A DNA stretch of 64,000 nt from Azolla caroliniana (taxonomy: Eukaryota; Plantae; Polypodiophyta): contig JBHGNT010000015.1 of assembly GCA_043228905.1 (NCBI GenBank), forward strand, positions 7,688,001 to 7,752,000. The letters run 5' to 3'. A program made the position numbers and the translations under genes. Shown here piece after piece: positions 14,001 through 27,362 of this stretch (within the stretch, counting starts at the first letter, position 1; each line of letters opens with the position of its first letter). Below the pieces are notes generated by a model. It was not told where the DNA came from. It was given only the letters and a program-made list of their open reading frames with translations, and did not search any database.

Positions 14001-16921
14001 GAAACGGTTCACGCGCAAAGAGAAGGGGGAGAGGAAGATGCCGGAATTCGAAACCGGCAACGATGAGTCGGATCGGTGCGTATCTGACTCCGGAAAGGAG
14101 AAAGGCAGATCTTCGGTAACGAAGACTGAACTGGCCAAGAAGGGCCTCAAATCAGGTGACGGTGCGTTGCGCCGATCAACCCGTCAGAAGGATCCCGTCG
14201 TACGGTACGGGTACAATGAATACATGGCGCATCATTATGCGTACATGACTAAGGTGACAGAAGTGCGTGAGTCGGAGAGCTACGCAGAAGCGGCAAGGGA
14301 CACAAATTGGCGTGCCGCTATGGACGAAGAAATGCGGGCACTCGATGCCAACGAAACTTGGGACCTAGTTGATCCTCCCCGTCACTGTAAACCGATCGGA
14401 TGCAAGTGGGTGTACAAGGTCAAGTACAACGCCGACGGTTCTGTTAACCGGTACAAAGCCCGGTTAGTGGCGAAGGGATACGCGTAGACCCACGGAATCG
14501 ACTACGACGAGACCTTCGCTCCTGTGGCGAAGATGACGACGGTTCGTGTGGTACTGGTGGTTGCTGCGGCAAGGGGGTGGCATCTTCACCAGATGGATGT
14601 GAAGAACGCCTTCCTTCAAGGAGAGCTTGAAGAAGAAGTCTTTATGACTTAGCCCCCCGGATTTCAATCGGAGATGAACAAATTGGCGGTATGCCGACTG
14701 AAGAAGTCGCTTTACGGCTTGAAGCAAGCCCCCCGAGCTTGGAACGCGAAGATCACGCACCGGTTGCGTAAGCTGGGGTTTGTTGTCTCTAAGTCAGACT
14801 CTTCGTTGTTCATCCGGCAAGGCTCTGACGGTCCAGTATGTAGATGATTTAGTCATCACCGGACCGGGTCTTCCCGAAATCAACCGCGTCAAGTCCCAGT
14901 TGTTGGAAGCATTCGAAATGAAGGACCTGGGGGACCTTCATTATTTTCTTGGGATCAAAGTGATCCGGACCCCCGACGACATATTGCTCTCACAACGACA
15001 TTACGTGTTGAATATGCTGTATAAGTTCGGCATGACAGATTGCCGACCTGTCTCCACACCCCTAGACCGGAACCAGAAGCTCCGTCCCAACTCCGGACCG
15101 GCCTGCAATGAGAAACGGTTCCGACAGGTTGTCGGAAGCCTGATCTACTTAACCATCACCCGACCCGACATCAGCTATCCGGTCGGCATGGTAAGCCAGT
15201 TCATGCAGAAGCCGACCATGGAGCACCTTCAGTGCGCGCAACGAATATTACGGTATGTCAGCGGCACTAAGGACCGGGGACTGCTATACCGACGAGGTAT
15301 GCCCAAAGAGCTTGTCGGTTACACAGATGTTGGCTGGGCCGGCGATGCGTCTAATTGCCTCTCCACTTCCGGATACATGTTCTCCATAGGTAGCGTGGCC
15401 GTTGCGTGGAGTAGCAAGAAGCAGCCCACAGTGGCTTTGTCAAGCACTGAGGCTGAGTACCGGGCCGCTACCGTTGCCACTTGTGAAGCCATCTGGCTTC
15501 GGCGACTGTTGCGAGACTTGCGGATCGAGGTACCGACCCCGATCCCGATTTACTGCGATAACATGAGCAGCCTGCAGCTCGCTAGGAACCCTGTGTTCCA
15601 TGCTCGCACAAAGCACATCGAGGTGCACTACCGCTTCGTGCATGAGCGGGTCCTGAGCGGTGAAGTTGACCTATGGTATGTTCATACGGATCGGCAAGTT
15701 GCCGACATCTTCACCAAGCCGCTCGGATCGGACAAGTTGCAGCACTTTACCGACATGCTTGGTATTCAGCATCTCGACGTGCCGCACTTGAGGGGGAGAA
15801 GCAAGGGCAAAGGCCAAAAACCTGTTGAACCCGTCGGTAAGAGGAGAGCCGGAAGAAAAGGAGACAAGAAGATGAAGGAAGCCGAGTCGACGAAGGAAGT
15901 CGACACATCCGAACAGGTCGGAGCAAGCGGCTGTGAAGAAGAGTTGTGCACTCAGGAAGAGAAGTGCATGCTATGCGGAGGTCATCACGACGGTACTGAC
16001 CATGATGCGGAGTCGAATGAAGAATTCGATTTCGGTTCACCAGCTGAAGAAGCCGAGGGAAGCATGGAGAAGGCCAAGACTCGGAAGTGGTCCGATGTGG
16101 TGAGAGGCTTGAAGCCGGAAGTCGAATCGGAGTGTAACGATTCGGACAAGAGCTGGAATGAGTCGGAGACAGCTGACTTGGATCAACAAATGGATCCGGA
16201 TGAGACGGATCGACTGAAGTCCAAGGGGACACAGACACAGCGGAAGTCGATGCCATCGTGGGAGAACCGACAGATCGGCAAGCGCCGGTGTCACAGCAAC
16301 GTGACTGCTGAGATGGGCCTATTGAGTAGACATACCGACCGAGAGGGTCGAGGCGCGCAGAACCAAAGGGGTCACGGCAAACGGGACTGGATCGGACGAG
16401 GAGCGCGAGCAAGGCGGAGTGACGCCAGGAGAAGTCGGTTGAAAGAACCGACTGCCACAGAGGTCGACACTATGACCCCCACCTCAGGTTGAGCTTGAGG
16501 GGGAGTGTTGAGCGGCAAGCTCAACCAGAGCCGGATCGGCTGAATAAGCCGGAGCCGGTAAGCGAGACGGATCGGGCGAAACGGATTGGTATGACGGTGA
16601 GCAACCGAACCGGCAAGCAGTGGAGGCCGGGTGCAATCCGTAACCGGCAGTCCAATCGGAAGCCTAGAATAGGATAGTCTACTAGGTACCTATAGTCTCG
16701 TAGTAAGTGTCAGATGCTCGTGTGAGCATTGAAGTACATGGTACTTCTGTCAATCCCAAGAGGACTTGTATAAATAGTGCTACTTAGCACAGTGTGTAAT
16801 GACAGAGTCTTGATATAATTTTTGAAATTGTGTTCTGCTCTCTCTGTCTCTCTCGCTCTCTCTTGCTCTCTCTGTGTGTGTTGTTCTCTGTTTTACACTT
16901 CTGCAATCACTTACGTTTACA
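11047..16921 (+). mobile_element. Copia-A: full-length Ty1/Copia LTR retrotransposon
   Basis: 416-bp LTRs 11047-11462 and 16506-16921 (~12 differences by eye); PBS TGGTATCAGAGC (iMet) at 11463; PPT 16494-16505; TSD ATTCT. Confidence 0.97.
11530..16492 (+). pseudogene. Copia-A gag-pol (Gag, CCHC knuckle, PR, INT, RT, RH, C-terminal extension), disrupted
   Basis: CWYCGKKGHRESEC, WYVDSGAS, HSDVWGP, LRSDGGKEY, YVDDL, HARTKHIE; TAG stops at 13771, 14485 and 14650; frameshift ~14835; 54-nt in-frame deletion relative to Copia-C near 12742. Confidence 0.93.
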
Positions 16922-17653
16922 ATTCTTGTGCAACGGAAGAAATGTGTGTTATGTGTATGTGTGAGAGGAAAGAGAGGAGAGAAGAGAAAACACAAGATAG
17001 ATAGATGAAAAGACAAATGAAGTACTCAAGAAGAAGGTGTATATTGACAAGGAGAATAGTAAATACAGAATGTAGCATTACAGGGAGTCACAACCGACAC
17101 TCTACGAAGTAGGAGGAGGGTGCTTTATATAAGGCCACCCTCTCTCTTCATTAACTCACGACAACAACCACTCTCTCTTGGGAATGTGAAGACTCATTAG
17201 TCACGGGGAATATGAAACTCATTAGTTATGTGTCATAGAATATGATTCTATTACACATAGTTAATGTGTCGAGAGTACTGGTGTGACTCTTGACCTTTGA
17301 GTGATCATAGATTCTCAAAGGGTGTGTTCACACGTTGCACTAGGTTGACCTTGATTCTCAACAGAATTGTTATTCAAGGAATCATGACCTCCGAAACCTT
17401 GGTTCAAGGAAAACTTAGTTTGAAGAAGCCTTGGTTTGAGGAAACCTTGGTTTCACGATTCAAAGAAACCTTAAACGATGCTTAGAATTGACCTCCCTCT
17501 ACTCAATGCATATAATCAAGGAGAATGGGGATCAAGAACAATGCTTAACACAATAATCTCACTAATCAAGGCCACACCCACTAAACTATGATGCTACTTG
17601 CAAGCTCTTTTTTTGTGTGCCTAATACATTACTCACTCGACCATACCAATACA

Positions 17654-19667
17654 TGTTGGGTTTGGCATTAAAACATGCTAGTTAAGAAAATCAGCTTGGG
17701 TCAAACATCAGGGAAACGTTGTGGATTCAAGATAAATGTTTGGAAAACACGTCTCAGTTATGTTTTCCCCCATGGGGTTGAAAACACCATTGTGTTACCA
17801 TAGATACCAAATCTCAAATCACATCTCATATGTCTAGAGGGGTATAGAAGTTGTTGCGATAAAAGTCCCACTCTGGCCACATTGTACTCCTAGTGTGAAC
17901 ATACTTAGGGCATGGATAACCTAACTACAAAAGTATATAACTGAGTCTTGTAAAGGAGTTCTATCGGGTAATGGAAGATTGTCTCTTGAGTAGAATCGGA
18001 CTCTATGTAACGATCTTCATCTTTTTGTTCTAATCTCTGTGTTACACATTCCATTTTATCGTCTCTCACTTGTCATCTCTTGTAGTTTTCTTGATCCAAT
18101 ACAAAGATCCTATCTGCTTCCCTGCAACTAGCCGATACAAAACTTGAACTAGACGACTCAGACACATTTACCGGCTTCAATTGGTATCAGAGCTTGCAAA
18201 ATCTGACAACAACAACAATACAAGGAGAAGAGAAATCGACTATAAGAAAGAACCAAACCAATATCTTACTTCCAACAGAATGATGGCATCAACGTCCAGC
18301 AACAATGTTGAGATCTAGAAATTTGATGGCAAGAACTTTGTCTCGTGGTAGGAGATGATGCAGGATGTACTAATCATCCGACATCAAATTGAAGCAATAT
18401 GACACAATAGCAAGTTGGCTTCAATGACAACAGAAGAATGTTGCTCGTTAGACGAAATCACACAATCGACCATTCGGATGCATTTGGTTGAAAATATTTA
18501 TTTCAACATGGAAAAAGACCAGTCACCACATGCCCTATGGGAGAAACTCTAAGTCATGTATGAAAAGAAATCGTCCTCATCAAAGCTCATATTGATCCGA
18601 CAACTGTTCAATATGAAGATGAAGGAATCAAAGCCGATAACCTCTCATATTAACACTTTTAGTTGGGTGTTAGCCGAACTCTTCTCTCAAGAATTAAACT
18701 TCAAAGAAGAAGTGAAGGCCCTTGCACTTCTTTTAAGCTTGCTGGTAAGTTGGGAAGTATTTTGCACAATGTTCACTAATAGCTTGCCGAAGCTGACGCT
18801 AGATGAAGCTATTGGAATGATATTGTTGGAAGACGTCCGATGAAGATCAATGTGGATCTCCATTGATGACAATGTAGAAGCCCACTTCTCGGCAGAATCG
18901 ACTTAGAGAACCGGCTGAAGTCAAAGCCGGCCGAAGAGAAGAACTGACAAACAACGGTCCAAGTCATGATCTGGCAAGCTGAATGCCTTTTGCAACCATT
19001 GTAGAAAGGTCAGCCACAATATTGCCAACTATTGGTCAGTAAAAAGAGGAAATGGAAGAAAATCTGATTGGAATCTAGGATCATTCGAAATGACCTAATT
19101 CCCAAATTGGCGACCAAATCAATATTGCCGAATCCATCCTGGTCAACCTCTCCTTGGAAGACTCGTCAAGCAGAGAGATCCTATATAGTGCACAAGATTT
19201 CCAAACGTGGTTACTCGACTTAGGAGCCATGTTCCACGTGACCCCCTTATAGAGAATGGTTTTCGAACTATTCAGTCGAACCTGGTGGCACAGTTAGACT
19301 CAACAATAGTCAGGAGTGCCGAATCGCCAGAATGGGCGAGATCCCAATTCGGCTGCCTAATGGCAATACTGCACCGTGTCTGGCACGTACCCGATCTCAA
19401 AAGGAGTCTGGTCTCCATTGGCATGCTAGCCGAAGATGGGTACAAATGACACTAAGCGAGTCGTCAAGGCAGTTCACTAGGAGAAATCCCAAAATCGGCC
19501 ATGGTGGCAAGTACAATAATTTGTACCTACTTACAGTTATTAATCCAAAGGGATCACTCAATGTTGCAAAAATGCCGACTACAACGCTATGGCACAACCA
19601 ACTAGGTAATATGTCACAAGCTGGACTAGAATGACTATAATTGGCAACTGGCTACATACCAAAACTC
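17654..19667 (+). mobile_element. Old, degenerate Copia 5' fragment (LTR, PBS, gag-PR, pre-integrase)
   Basis: PBS TGGTATCAGAGC at 18182; decayed Gag (KFDGKNF, YEKKSSSSKLILIRQLFNMKM); HVPDLKRSLVSIG and LWHNQLGNMS; many stops. LTR start is approximate. Confidence 0.8.
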
Positions 19668-20378
19668 TGACGGGGAGGTATAAGGGTGGAAGACAATAGA
19701 GTGGTTGTTGGGTATGTGTAATGTATACAAGTGTGAGTGTGAGAATGACTATGAGAATGTGAACACCCTGTGAACACATGCACATCTGTGTGCATGTGTA
19801 CACCTTTCAGAAAGTGTGTGTAAATGAGGAGAAGGTTATGGAACTACCTTAACATTCTTGATTTGTAATGGTTACCTCTTGCACATATATAAACCACCAC
19901 CCATGGGGCATGAAAAAAAGGAATAGAAGAAGTTTCCCTCCAATTTCTATCTTGTCTCTTTTTCTCTATTCTTTGTTTCTCTCCCTCACGCTCAAACCCT
20001 CCATTTCTCAACCTATGATGGAGATCTCAACATTGCCTTCCCCTTCTTCTTCCCTAGAGCGCTTCCTCACAGCTAGGCCCCGTTTCAAATCCCCCAGGGC
20101 AGAGCTCCATATTGACTTCCTTAAGTTCAACACAGTGTTTTCCCTCCTTTGTTGTGCCCTCACCAAAGTTTTTCTTAACATCTGCCATTACATATCATTG
20201 TATTGTGTTTAAACCAATTGAGCATATCGCTTTGTTATGACAAAGGAGGTCTTTGCTATGGATTGTCTTCAACCTCATGGAGTAGAGCACCTTGAATCTG
20301 TCAGCTTTAATGATTGTGTGAGCTCTATCCTGAGTGGATATGGTGATGGTATTAGCTCCTCTTCGGAGACCCTCAACA
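19668..20378 (+). mobile_element. Probable LTR of another element (starts TG where the Copia fragment breaks off)
   Basis: TATATAA at ~19886 followed by a pyrimidine-rich tract; ends ...CCCTCAACA followed by a decayed PBS-like TAGTCTCAGA; no TSD visible. Confidence 0.4.
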
Positions 20379-21537
20379 TTAGTCTCAGAAGTGTGTTGCC
20401 AAGAGAAGAAGAGCCGAAGTGTTATAGATCCGGAAGACAGTCCGGAAAGAGTGTGAATATGAAAGCAAGATAATTGTGATAATTAGTAGATACAAAGAGA
20501 TATTATGTTAAGGGGTGCCGGATCCAGAGGGATGTACTGATCCGGATGAACACCGTTTTGTATCAGAACCAATTGCCTATATAAGGAACCCGAATTGTAT
20601 CGTTCTAGGGGCGCAAGTTATATAATATAATTGGAAGATTTGTGTACTTGTCATGTTGTGTACTTGAATGTCTGATCTTACGTGTGTATTAATGTGTAAT
20701 TGTTATCCGGATTGACAGATTAAACATGCGGATGGAATATCATACCTTCGACCACACCTTTGGATTGTATTCCAATACGGAGTACTTATGTGTTTGTGAC
20801 TAAGATTTAGTCCAGGATAAACACTCTTTGGTGACCATGATTTCTGCAAGAAGCAATGAACGATGGAGGATGGATGCCGTCTAGAAAAACCAACAACGCA
20901 GTGACCGAACGGGAGAAGAGGTTAGAAAATAGGTTGTAGAGACGGGAAACCTACCAAAAAGCAACATAAGAGATTTGACAGGATTAGTCATTTCCCCAAA
21001 TGCTTCAAAGGGTAGTGGACGAAATGATTCACATATGAAATCAACAGGGCTTGGATGACGGAAGCAACCTAACCAACCTTGTAGATTCCGAATCAATATT
21101 GCAAACCTTGGCAACAAAAGCAAAGGATTCGATCGCCTTTTCAGCATTATAGTCGGAATCAGACAACGACACGTCAAGTCCAATTATCGTTCCAATCACA
21201 ACACCTCGGAGGAACCAGAGAGAGGAGGTGTTAGAACAAACACTGCCAATAGAAACAAATATTAAGATACCAACACCACCAGTGGAATTAGAGACAGAGA
21301 TACTGACACCACTGACATGAACTACACGCTCCCTATGCGCAATGCTCGGCCACAACTGAGCTTAGAATCATACACAGAAAAAACCGGGAATGAATGCACG
21401 ACATAGTGAAGAGAAGAGTACACAGGATGTTTATGTGGAAAACCCAAACTAGGGTAAAACCACGGCAGCCCACAGGCTGCAAACTATCACTATTGTTGAG
21501 AGACAAGCTCAACATCGGCCGGATCGGCTGAAGAAGC

Positions 21538-24500
21538 TGATGGGAATTGAACGTTCCTTGTGCGCAACGCTCGGCCACAACCGAGCTTAGAATGATACAC
21601 AGAAAACGGGAAATAAAACACGACACAAAGAAGAAGAGAATACAGAGAAGGTTTACGTGGAAAACCCCAAACTAGGGGAAAAAAACCACGGCAGCCCACA
21701 GGCTGCAAACTGTCACTATGTAAGAATATACAACAGTGAGCTCATTGAGGCACCGACCTCGTGCTCACAGATCTTCGCCACAAGCGGCGGTTACAACGGA
21801 GGCAACGACCTCTTTCTCTCTCTCTCTCTGTACAGTTACACACACTGATCTCGTGCAAAACAGAAAAATGACAACAACAACAAAAAGTTTGCCCTAAGTC
21901 ATATTTATACTAATATGACTTTTCGGCTATTTACAAATATAGCCTCGATGAACTCTCAGAAAACATATTTACGAATATGTCTCTTCATCTGGTTCATACT
22001 GGGTTTGCACCATCCGGCTCTCCGTAGCCGGGTACTCCTCATCCGGTCTTCACCGGGTCTGTATCATCCGGCTCTCTGTAGCCGGGTCCTCCTCATACGG
22101 TTTCGGCCTCGGCCTATTGGCCTCGGCCGAGTTTGTTCATCGGCACTGTTCTTCTCCCTTCCCATTCAGAGGGACCTGTCTCCCAACAAACTCCCCCTTC
22201 ACTCCGGCATGGGGTGTCTTACCAGTCCGATCCTCTTTCGGCATGCGTCCAGCTTGTCGGGTGTCAGCACTTTGGTCAGCATATCTGACCCGTTCTCGGC
22301 CGTGTGGATCTTCGTCAGTGCGAACTCCTGGTCATCTACTCTTTCCCGGATCCAGTGATACCTCCGCTGGATATGCTTCGTCCGGGAATGGTAGGCCGCA
22401 TTCTTAGCAAGGTGGATGGCACTTTGACTGTCGCAATAGAGTCGGTATTCCTCTTGCCGGATATCGAGCTCTCCGAAGAAGTCCTTCATCCATAAAATTT
22501 CCTTGCCGGCTTCCACAGCTGCCATGTACTCCGCCTCCGTGGTTGACAATGCAACCGTCTTCTGCAGCCTCGACTGCCACGAAACAGCTCCCCCCGCATA
22601 TGTCATTACATACCCGGATGTAGACCGGCTGGTATCCACATCAACCGACATGTCCGAATCGGTGAAACCGTCCAGTTGAGGTTTTCCGGAGCCGAATCGG
22701 AGACACATATTTGAAGTGCCCTTCAAATACCGGAGTATCCATTTGACCGCGTTCCAGTGCTCCTTGCCGGGATTTCTCATGAACCGGCTCACCACTCCGA
22801 CTGCGTATCCTATATCTGGTCGGGTACACACCATTGCGTACATCAAGATCACCACTCTGATTGCGTATCCTGTATCCGGTCGAGTACAAACCATTGCGTA
22901 CATCAAGCTCCCGACGGTAGAGGCATATGGAATCTTCATCATATCCGCCTTCTCTGCTTTCGTCTTCGGGCTTTGCTTGCCGGATAGCCTGCAATTTGCC
23001 GGAAGTGTCGATCCGACCGGTTTCGCTTCTGACATGTTGAACCGGTGAAGCACCTTTGTCACATACTTCTCCTGTGACAGCCATAATTGCTTCGCTGACC
23101 GGTTCCGGATGATGTGCATCCCCAACATCTGTCTTGCCGAACCCAAGTCTTTCATTGAGAAGGTCCGGTTGAGAGCCTTCTTCAGCATCCGTACTTTGAC
23201 TTGGTCCCGTCCGACGATCAACATGTCATCCACGTACAGGAGTATTAGGAAGTCGCCTCCTTTGAACCTCTTCACAAACACGCAGTGATCGGGCTGCGTC
23301 TTGTGGTACCCTTGATCGGTCATGAAGGAGTCGAACTTCCGGTACCATTTCCGGGGAGCCTGATTCAGTCCGTACAGGCTCTTCTTTAGCTGGCATACCA
23401 GGTGCTCCTTCCCTTTCTCCACGAATCCTTCCGGTTGCTGCATGTAGATCTCCTCTTCGAGGTCGCTGTGAAGGAACGCCATCTTCACGTCTAGCTGCTC
23501 TACCTCGAGGTCCATGCTTGCCGCTATACTCAGCACCGTCTGGATGGAAGTCATCTTTACAACCGGGGAAAATATCTCGTCGAAGTCCACGCCCTTCTTT
23601 TGCTGGAACCCCTTCACCACGATCCTGGCTTTGTATCTCGGGGGGTTGCCGGCATCTCTCGGTTTCAACTTGTACACCCACTTGTTTCGGAGTGCCCGCT
23701 TTCCTTTCGGCAACTCCACCAATTCGTACGTATGGTTCTCATGCAGGGAATCCATCTCATCATGCATGGCACTTAACCATTTTCGGCTGTGGGTGTCTTC
23801 CTTCGCTTCTTCGAAGCTTTCCGGCTCCCCCTCATCGGTCAGCAGAACATGCTCTGCATCCGGAAATCTCCGGGGGGCCCTTCTCTCTCTGAGAGGATAT
23901 CTCCGTCTCTGGGCTTCGGTGACCGGCTCATCCATCTGCTCTTCATCCGAATCCGATTTGGGGTCTTGGCCGGTTCCGGTTTCAGCTTCCTCTACTTCTT
24001 CTTCAGCCTGTTCGGTATCCTCACCGTAACCGGCTGGTCCCTCGAGTGCTAACCGGTCTCTTGCTGGTTGGGTCTGCTCATCGTAGAGTCAATCCTTATC
24101 GGTCGACTCGGAGTTCATTATCTTCTTCTCCGACTCCCAGTCGGCGAGCGTCTTGTTCTCCATGAAGATAATATCTCGACTCCGGAATACCTTCTTGTCG
24201 ACCGGGTCCCACACTCGGTAGCCAAACTCATCGTCACCGTAACCGAGGAATATGCATGGCCGGGTCTTTGGATCTAACTTTCCTCTCCGGTCCTTAGCTA
24301 CATGCACGTACGCGAGACACCCGAATACCTTCAGATGCCGGTAGGATACTTCCTTACCGGTCCATACTCTCTGTGGCGTGTCTCCGTCCAAGGGTACTGG
24401 GGGTGATCTATTTATCACATATGTCGCCATCGATAGTGCCTCAGCCCAAAACTTCTTGGGTAGTTTTGCATGCGCTAGCATACTCCAGATCCTCTCCATT

Positions 24501-26935
24501 ATGGTCCGGTTCATCCTCTCGGCCAGTCCGTTTAGTTCCGGCGTCTTCAGCACGGTAAATTCGAGCTGGATTCCCTTCGAGCGACAGTACTCCTCGAACT
24601 GCCCCCGGTATTCACCTCCATTGTCTGCTCGAACCGCCTTCAGCTTCCGGCCGGTTTCTCTTTCCACTCTCGCGTGGAGCTCTTTGAAGACGGATAACAC
24701 CTGATCCTTCGTCTTCAACGGTGTGGCCCACAGCTTCCGGCTGTGGTCATCTATGAACGTCACGAAGTACTGCGCTCCGGCGTGTGACTTCGTGTCTACC
24801 TGACACACATCCGTATGCACCAACTCCAGTGGTGCATTACGTCTCATCGGTGGCCTTGGTCGGAAGGAGGTCCGGTTTTGCTTACCGGCCAGACAATCAG
24901 TGCACTTCTCTAAGTGCACGTTCTTCACTGGGATGAGGTTGTCGTTTGCAAGCCTCTTCATCCCCTTCTTGCTCATATGACACAGCCACTTGTGCCACAG
25001 CTCACCGGCAGTGTCGGATGCGACGTTCACTTCTTCCGGACATAGCCGGGCATTCATCAGGTACAGTGTGTTTACCTTCCGGGCCCGAGCCACAATCAGG
25101 CTCCCTTTGCTGAACTTCATGACACCGTTCCAGATGCTACCCGTGTAGCCCTCATCATCTAGCCGACCGGCTGATATTAAGTTCAGTCGAACCTCTGGAA
25201 CGTGTCGGACATCCCTCAGCAGTAACTTGCATCCGGTTGGTCTCGACAACCACACGTCTCCTATGCCGACAATTCGGCATGTACCTTCATTCCCCATCCG
25301 AACATAGCCGTGATGACCAGCTGAGTAGGATGAGAAGCATTTCCGGTCTGGGGTAAGGTGGAACGATGCTCCGGAGTCTACCACCCAGGTCATTTCGTCG
25401 CCAGCAAGGTTTATCTCACTCTCCTCGGTGATGAGCATCAACTCTTCTTCACTTGCCGCGATTGCCGTCGTCCCCTTCCGGTCCGCCCCCCTCCGGTCTT
25501 TACCGTTTCGGTCCGGGGTCCGCTTCGAATCGGTACCGTCGGTCTCCTTATCTTTTCGGAAATGCCGACAATTCTTTTGGAAGTGTCCCAGCTTGCCGCA
25601 ATAGAAGCAAGTAGGCCTCCCCCTTGACTTTGACCGTGTCCTCGACTTCTCCCGGTTCTGGGGACTGCGGTTTCTTTGTCTTACGCGTTCCGATTCAGTA
25701 AGGAGCGCTTTGGAGTCGGAGCTCGTGTCCTTATCTTTCCGACGTGCCTCCTCATCTAGCAGGCTCGACTTCACTCTTGCTAGGGATAACCTTTTTCCTT
25801 CCGGCCCGGCGTTGCCCAAAGTGACAACCAACGTCTCCCAGCTATCCGGGAGGGAACCAAACAGGAGCAACGCTAGTACCTCATCGGCGAGAGGTACTTC
25901 CAATGAAGTTGCCTGGTGGATCAGCCCCTGGAAGGCATTCATGTGCTCCGCCATGCTGCAGCCATCTTGGTACCAGAGTCTTACTAGCTTCCAGAATACC
26001 GACACCTGATTGACAACATTTTTGTTCTGAAACATTATGCCGATCTTCTCCCAGAGCTCATGAGCCTTGCTCTCTTCATTGAAGTTGTTGTATAGGCTCA
26101 TGTCGATGAAGCACCGTATGTACGCCGTTGTCTTCATGTGCATCACCTCCCATATTGTGGCGTCTATCTTTTCCGGTCTCTTGTCCCCGAACTGAACCGG
26201 TAGCCAAAGATCTTTAACCACGAGCATGTCTCTCATCTTCGACTTCCACACTAAATAGTTGGAGCCGGTGAGCTTGAACATGCCGCCGAATGATTCGTCC
26301 ATTTTCTGTGTCGTTTCACTCTGATACCACTTGAGGGAACTGAACGTTTCTTGTGCGCAACGCTCGGCCACAACCGAGCTTAGAATGATACACAGAAAAC
26401 GGGAAATAAAACACGACACAAAGAAGAAGAGAATACAGAGGAGGTTTACGTGGAAAACCCCAAACTAGGGGAAAAAAACCATGGCAGCCCACAGGCTGCA
26501 AACTGTCACTATGTAAGAATATACAACAGTGAGCTCACTGAGGCACCGACCTCGTGCTCACAGATCTTCGCCACAAGCGGCGGTTACAACGGAGGCAACG
26601 ACCTCTTTCTCTCTCTCTCTCTCTGTACAGTTACACACACTGATCTCGTGCAAAACAGAAAAATGACAACAACAACAAAAAGTTTGCCCTAAGTCATATT
26701 TATACTAATATGACTTTTCGGCTATTTACAAATATAGCCTCGATGAACTCTCAGAAAACATATTTACGAATATGTCTCTTCATCTGGTTCATACTGGGTT
26801 TGCACCATCCGGCTCTCCGTAGCCGGGTACTCCTCATCCGGTCTTCACCGGGTCTGTATCATCCGGCTCTCCGTAGCCGGGTACTCCTCATCCGGTTCTT
26901 CTCCCTTCCCATCCGGAGGGACCTTTCTCCCAACA
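21538..26935 (-). mobile_element. Copia-B: full-length Copia (Tnt1/Tork-like)
   Basis: LTRs 26332-26935 (5') and 21538-22188 (3'); PBS 26318-26329; PPT 22189-22200; TSD GAAGC. Confidence 0.96.
22199..26302 (-). pseudogene. Copia-B gag-pol, broken between INT and RT
   Basis: WVVDSGAS, VHTDVC, RADNGGEY, LYVDDML, HSRTKHI; ORF break at ~23935-24089. Confidence 0.92.
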
Positions 26936-27362
26936 GAAGCCGAGGACCGGATCGGTTGGGACCGATCGGTTAGGCCGAGTGCGTAAACCGGGAGGTCGTT
27001 AGGAAAGATATTCCGTGAGGAATATATTTGGGAGTTAGTGTAGGAGCTCTCAATGAGCATTGAAGTACTGTCAGTACTTCGGTCAGTCCTTCTAGGACTT
27101 GTATAAAAGTGTTCTCTGAGCACGTCTTATGTACAGACTGAGTATTATTGTTGAATATAGTTTTTGTGTCTTCTCTCTCACTCTCTCTGTCTCTCCCGCG
27201 TATACCGTGTAAGCTCAAGCTCTCCATTAAACCTGAGTTTCCTTCCTTTTGTTCGGTCTTAATACCTGCTTCCGCAAGCTACTTTTTACATGGTATCAGA
27301 GCGCGAGGGTTGAGAACCTCTCTACAGCCGACACAGCTTGACGAAGAAGAACGAGAAGAACG

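Larger units (their letters stand above)
11024..17363 (-). mobile_element. Solo LTR (~460 bp: 11024-11046 + 16927-17363), interrupted by Copia-A
   Basis: Ends TGTAAAGAATC...GATTCTCAACA (imperfect inverted repeat); TSD AAATT/GAATT; TATA-like sequence at ~17125. Confidence 0.6.
10850..17480. repeat. Unclassified short-motif repeat (GGAATCATG / GAAACCTTGG), split by a solo LTR and Copia-A
   Basis: Motifs cluster at 10850-11023 and again at 17369-17480, on both sides of the insertions. Confidence 0.45.
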
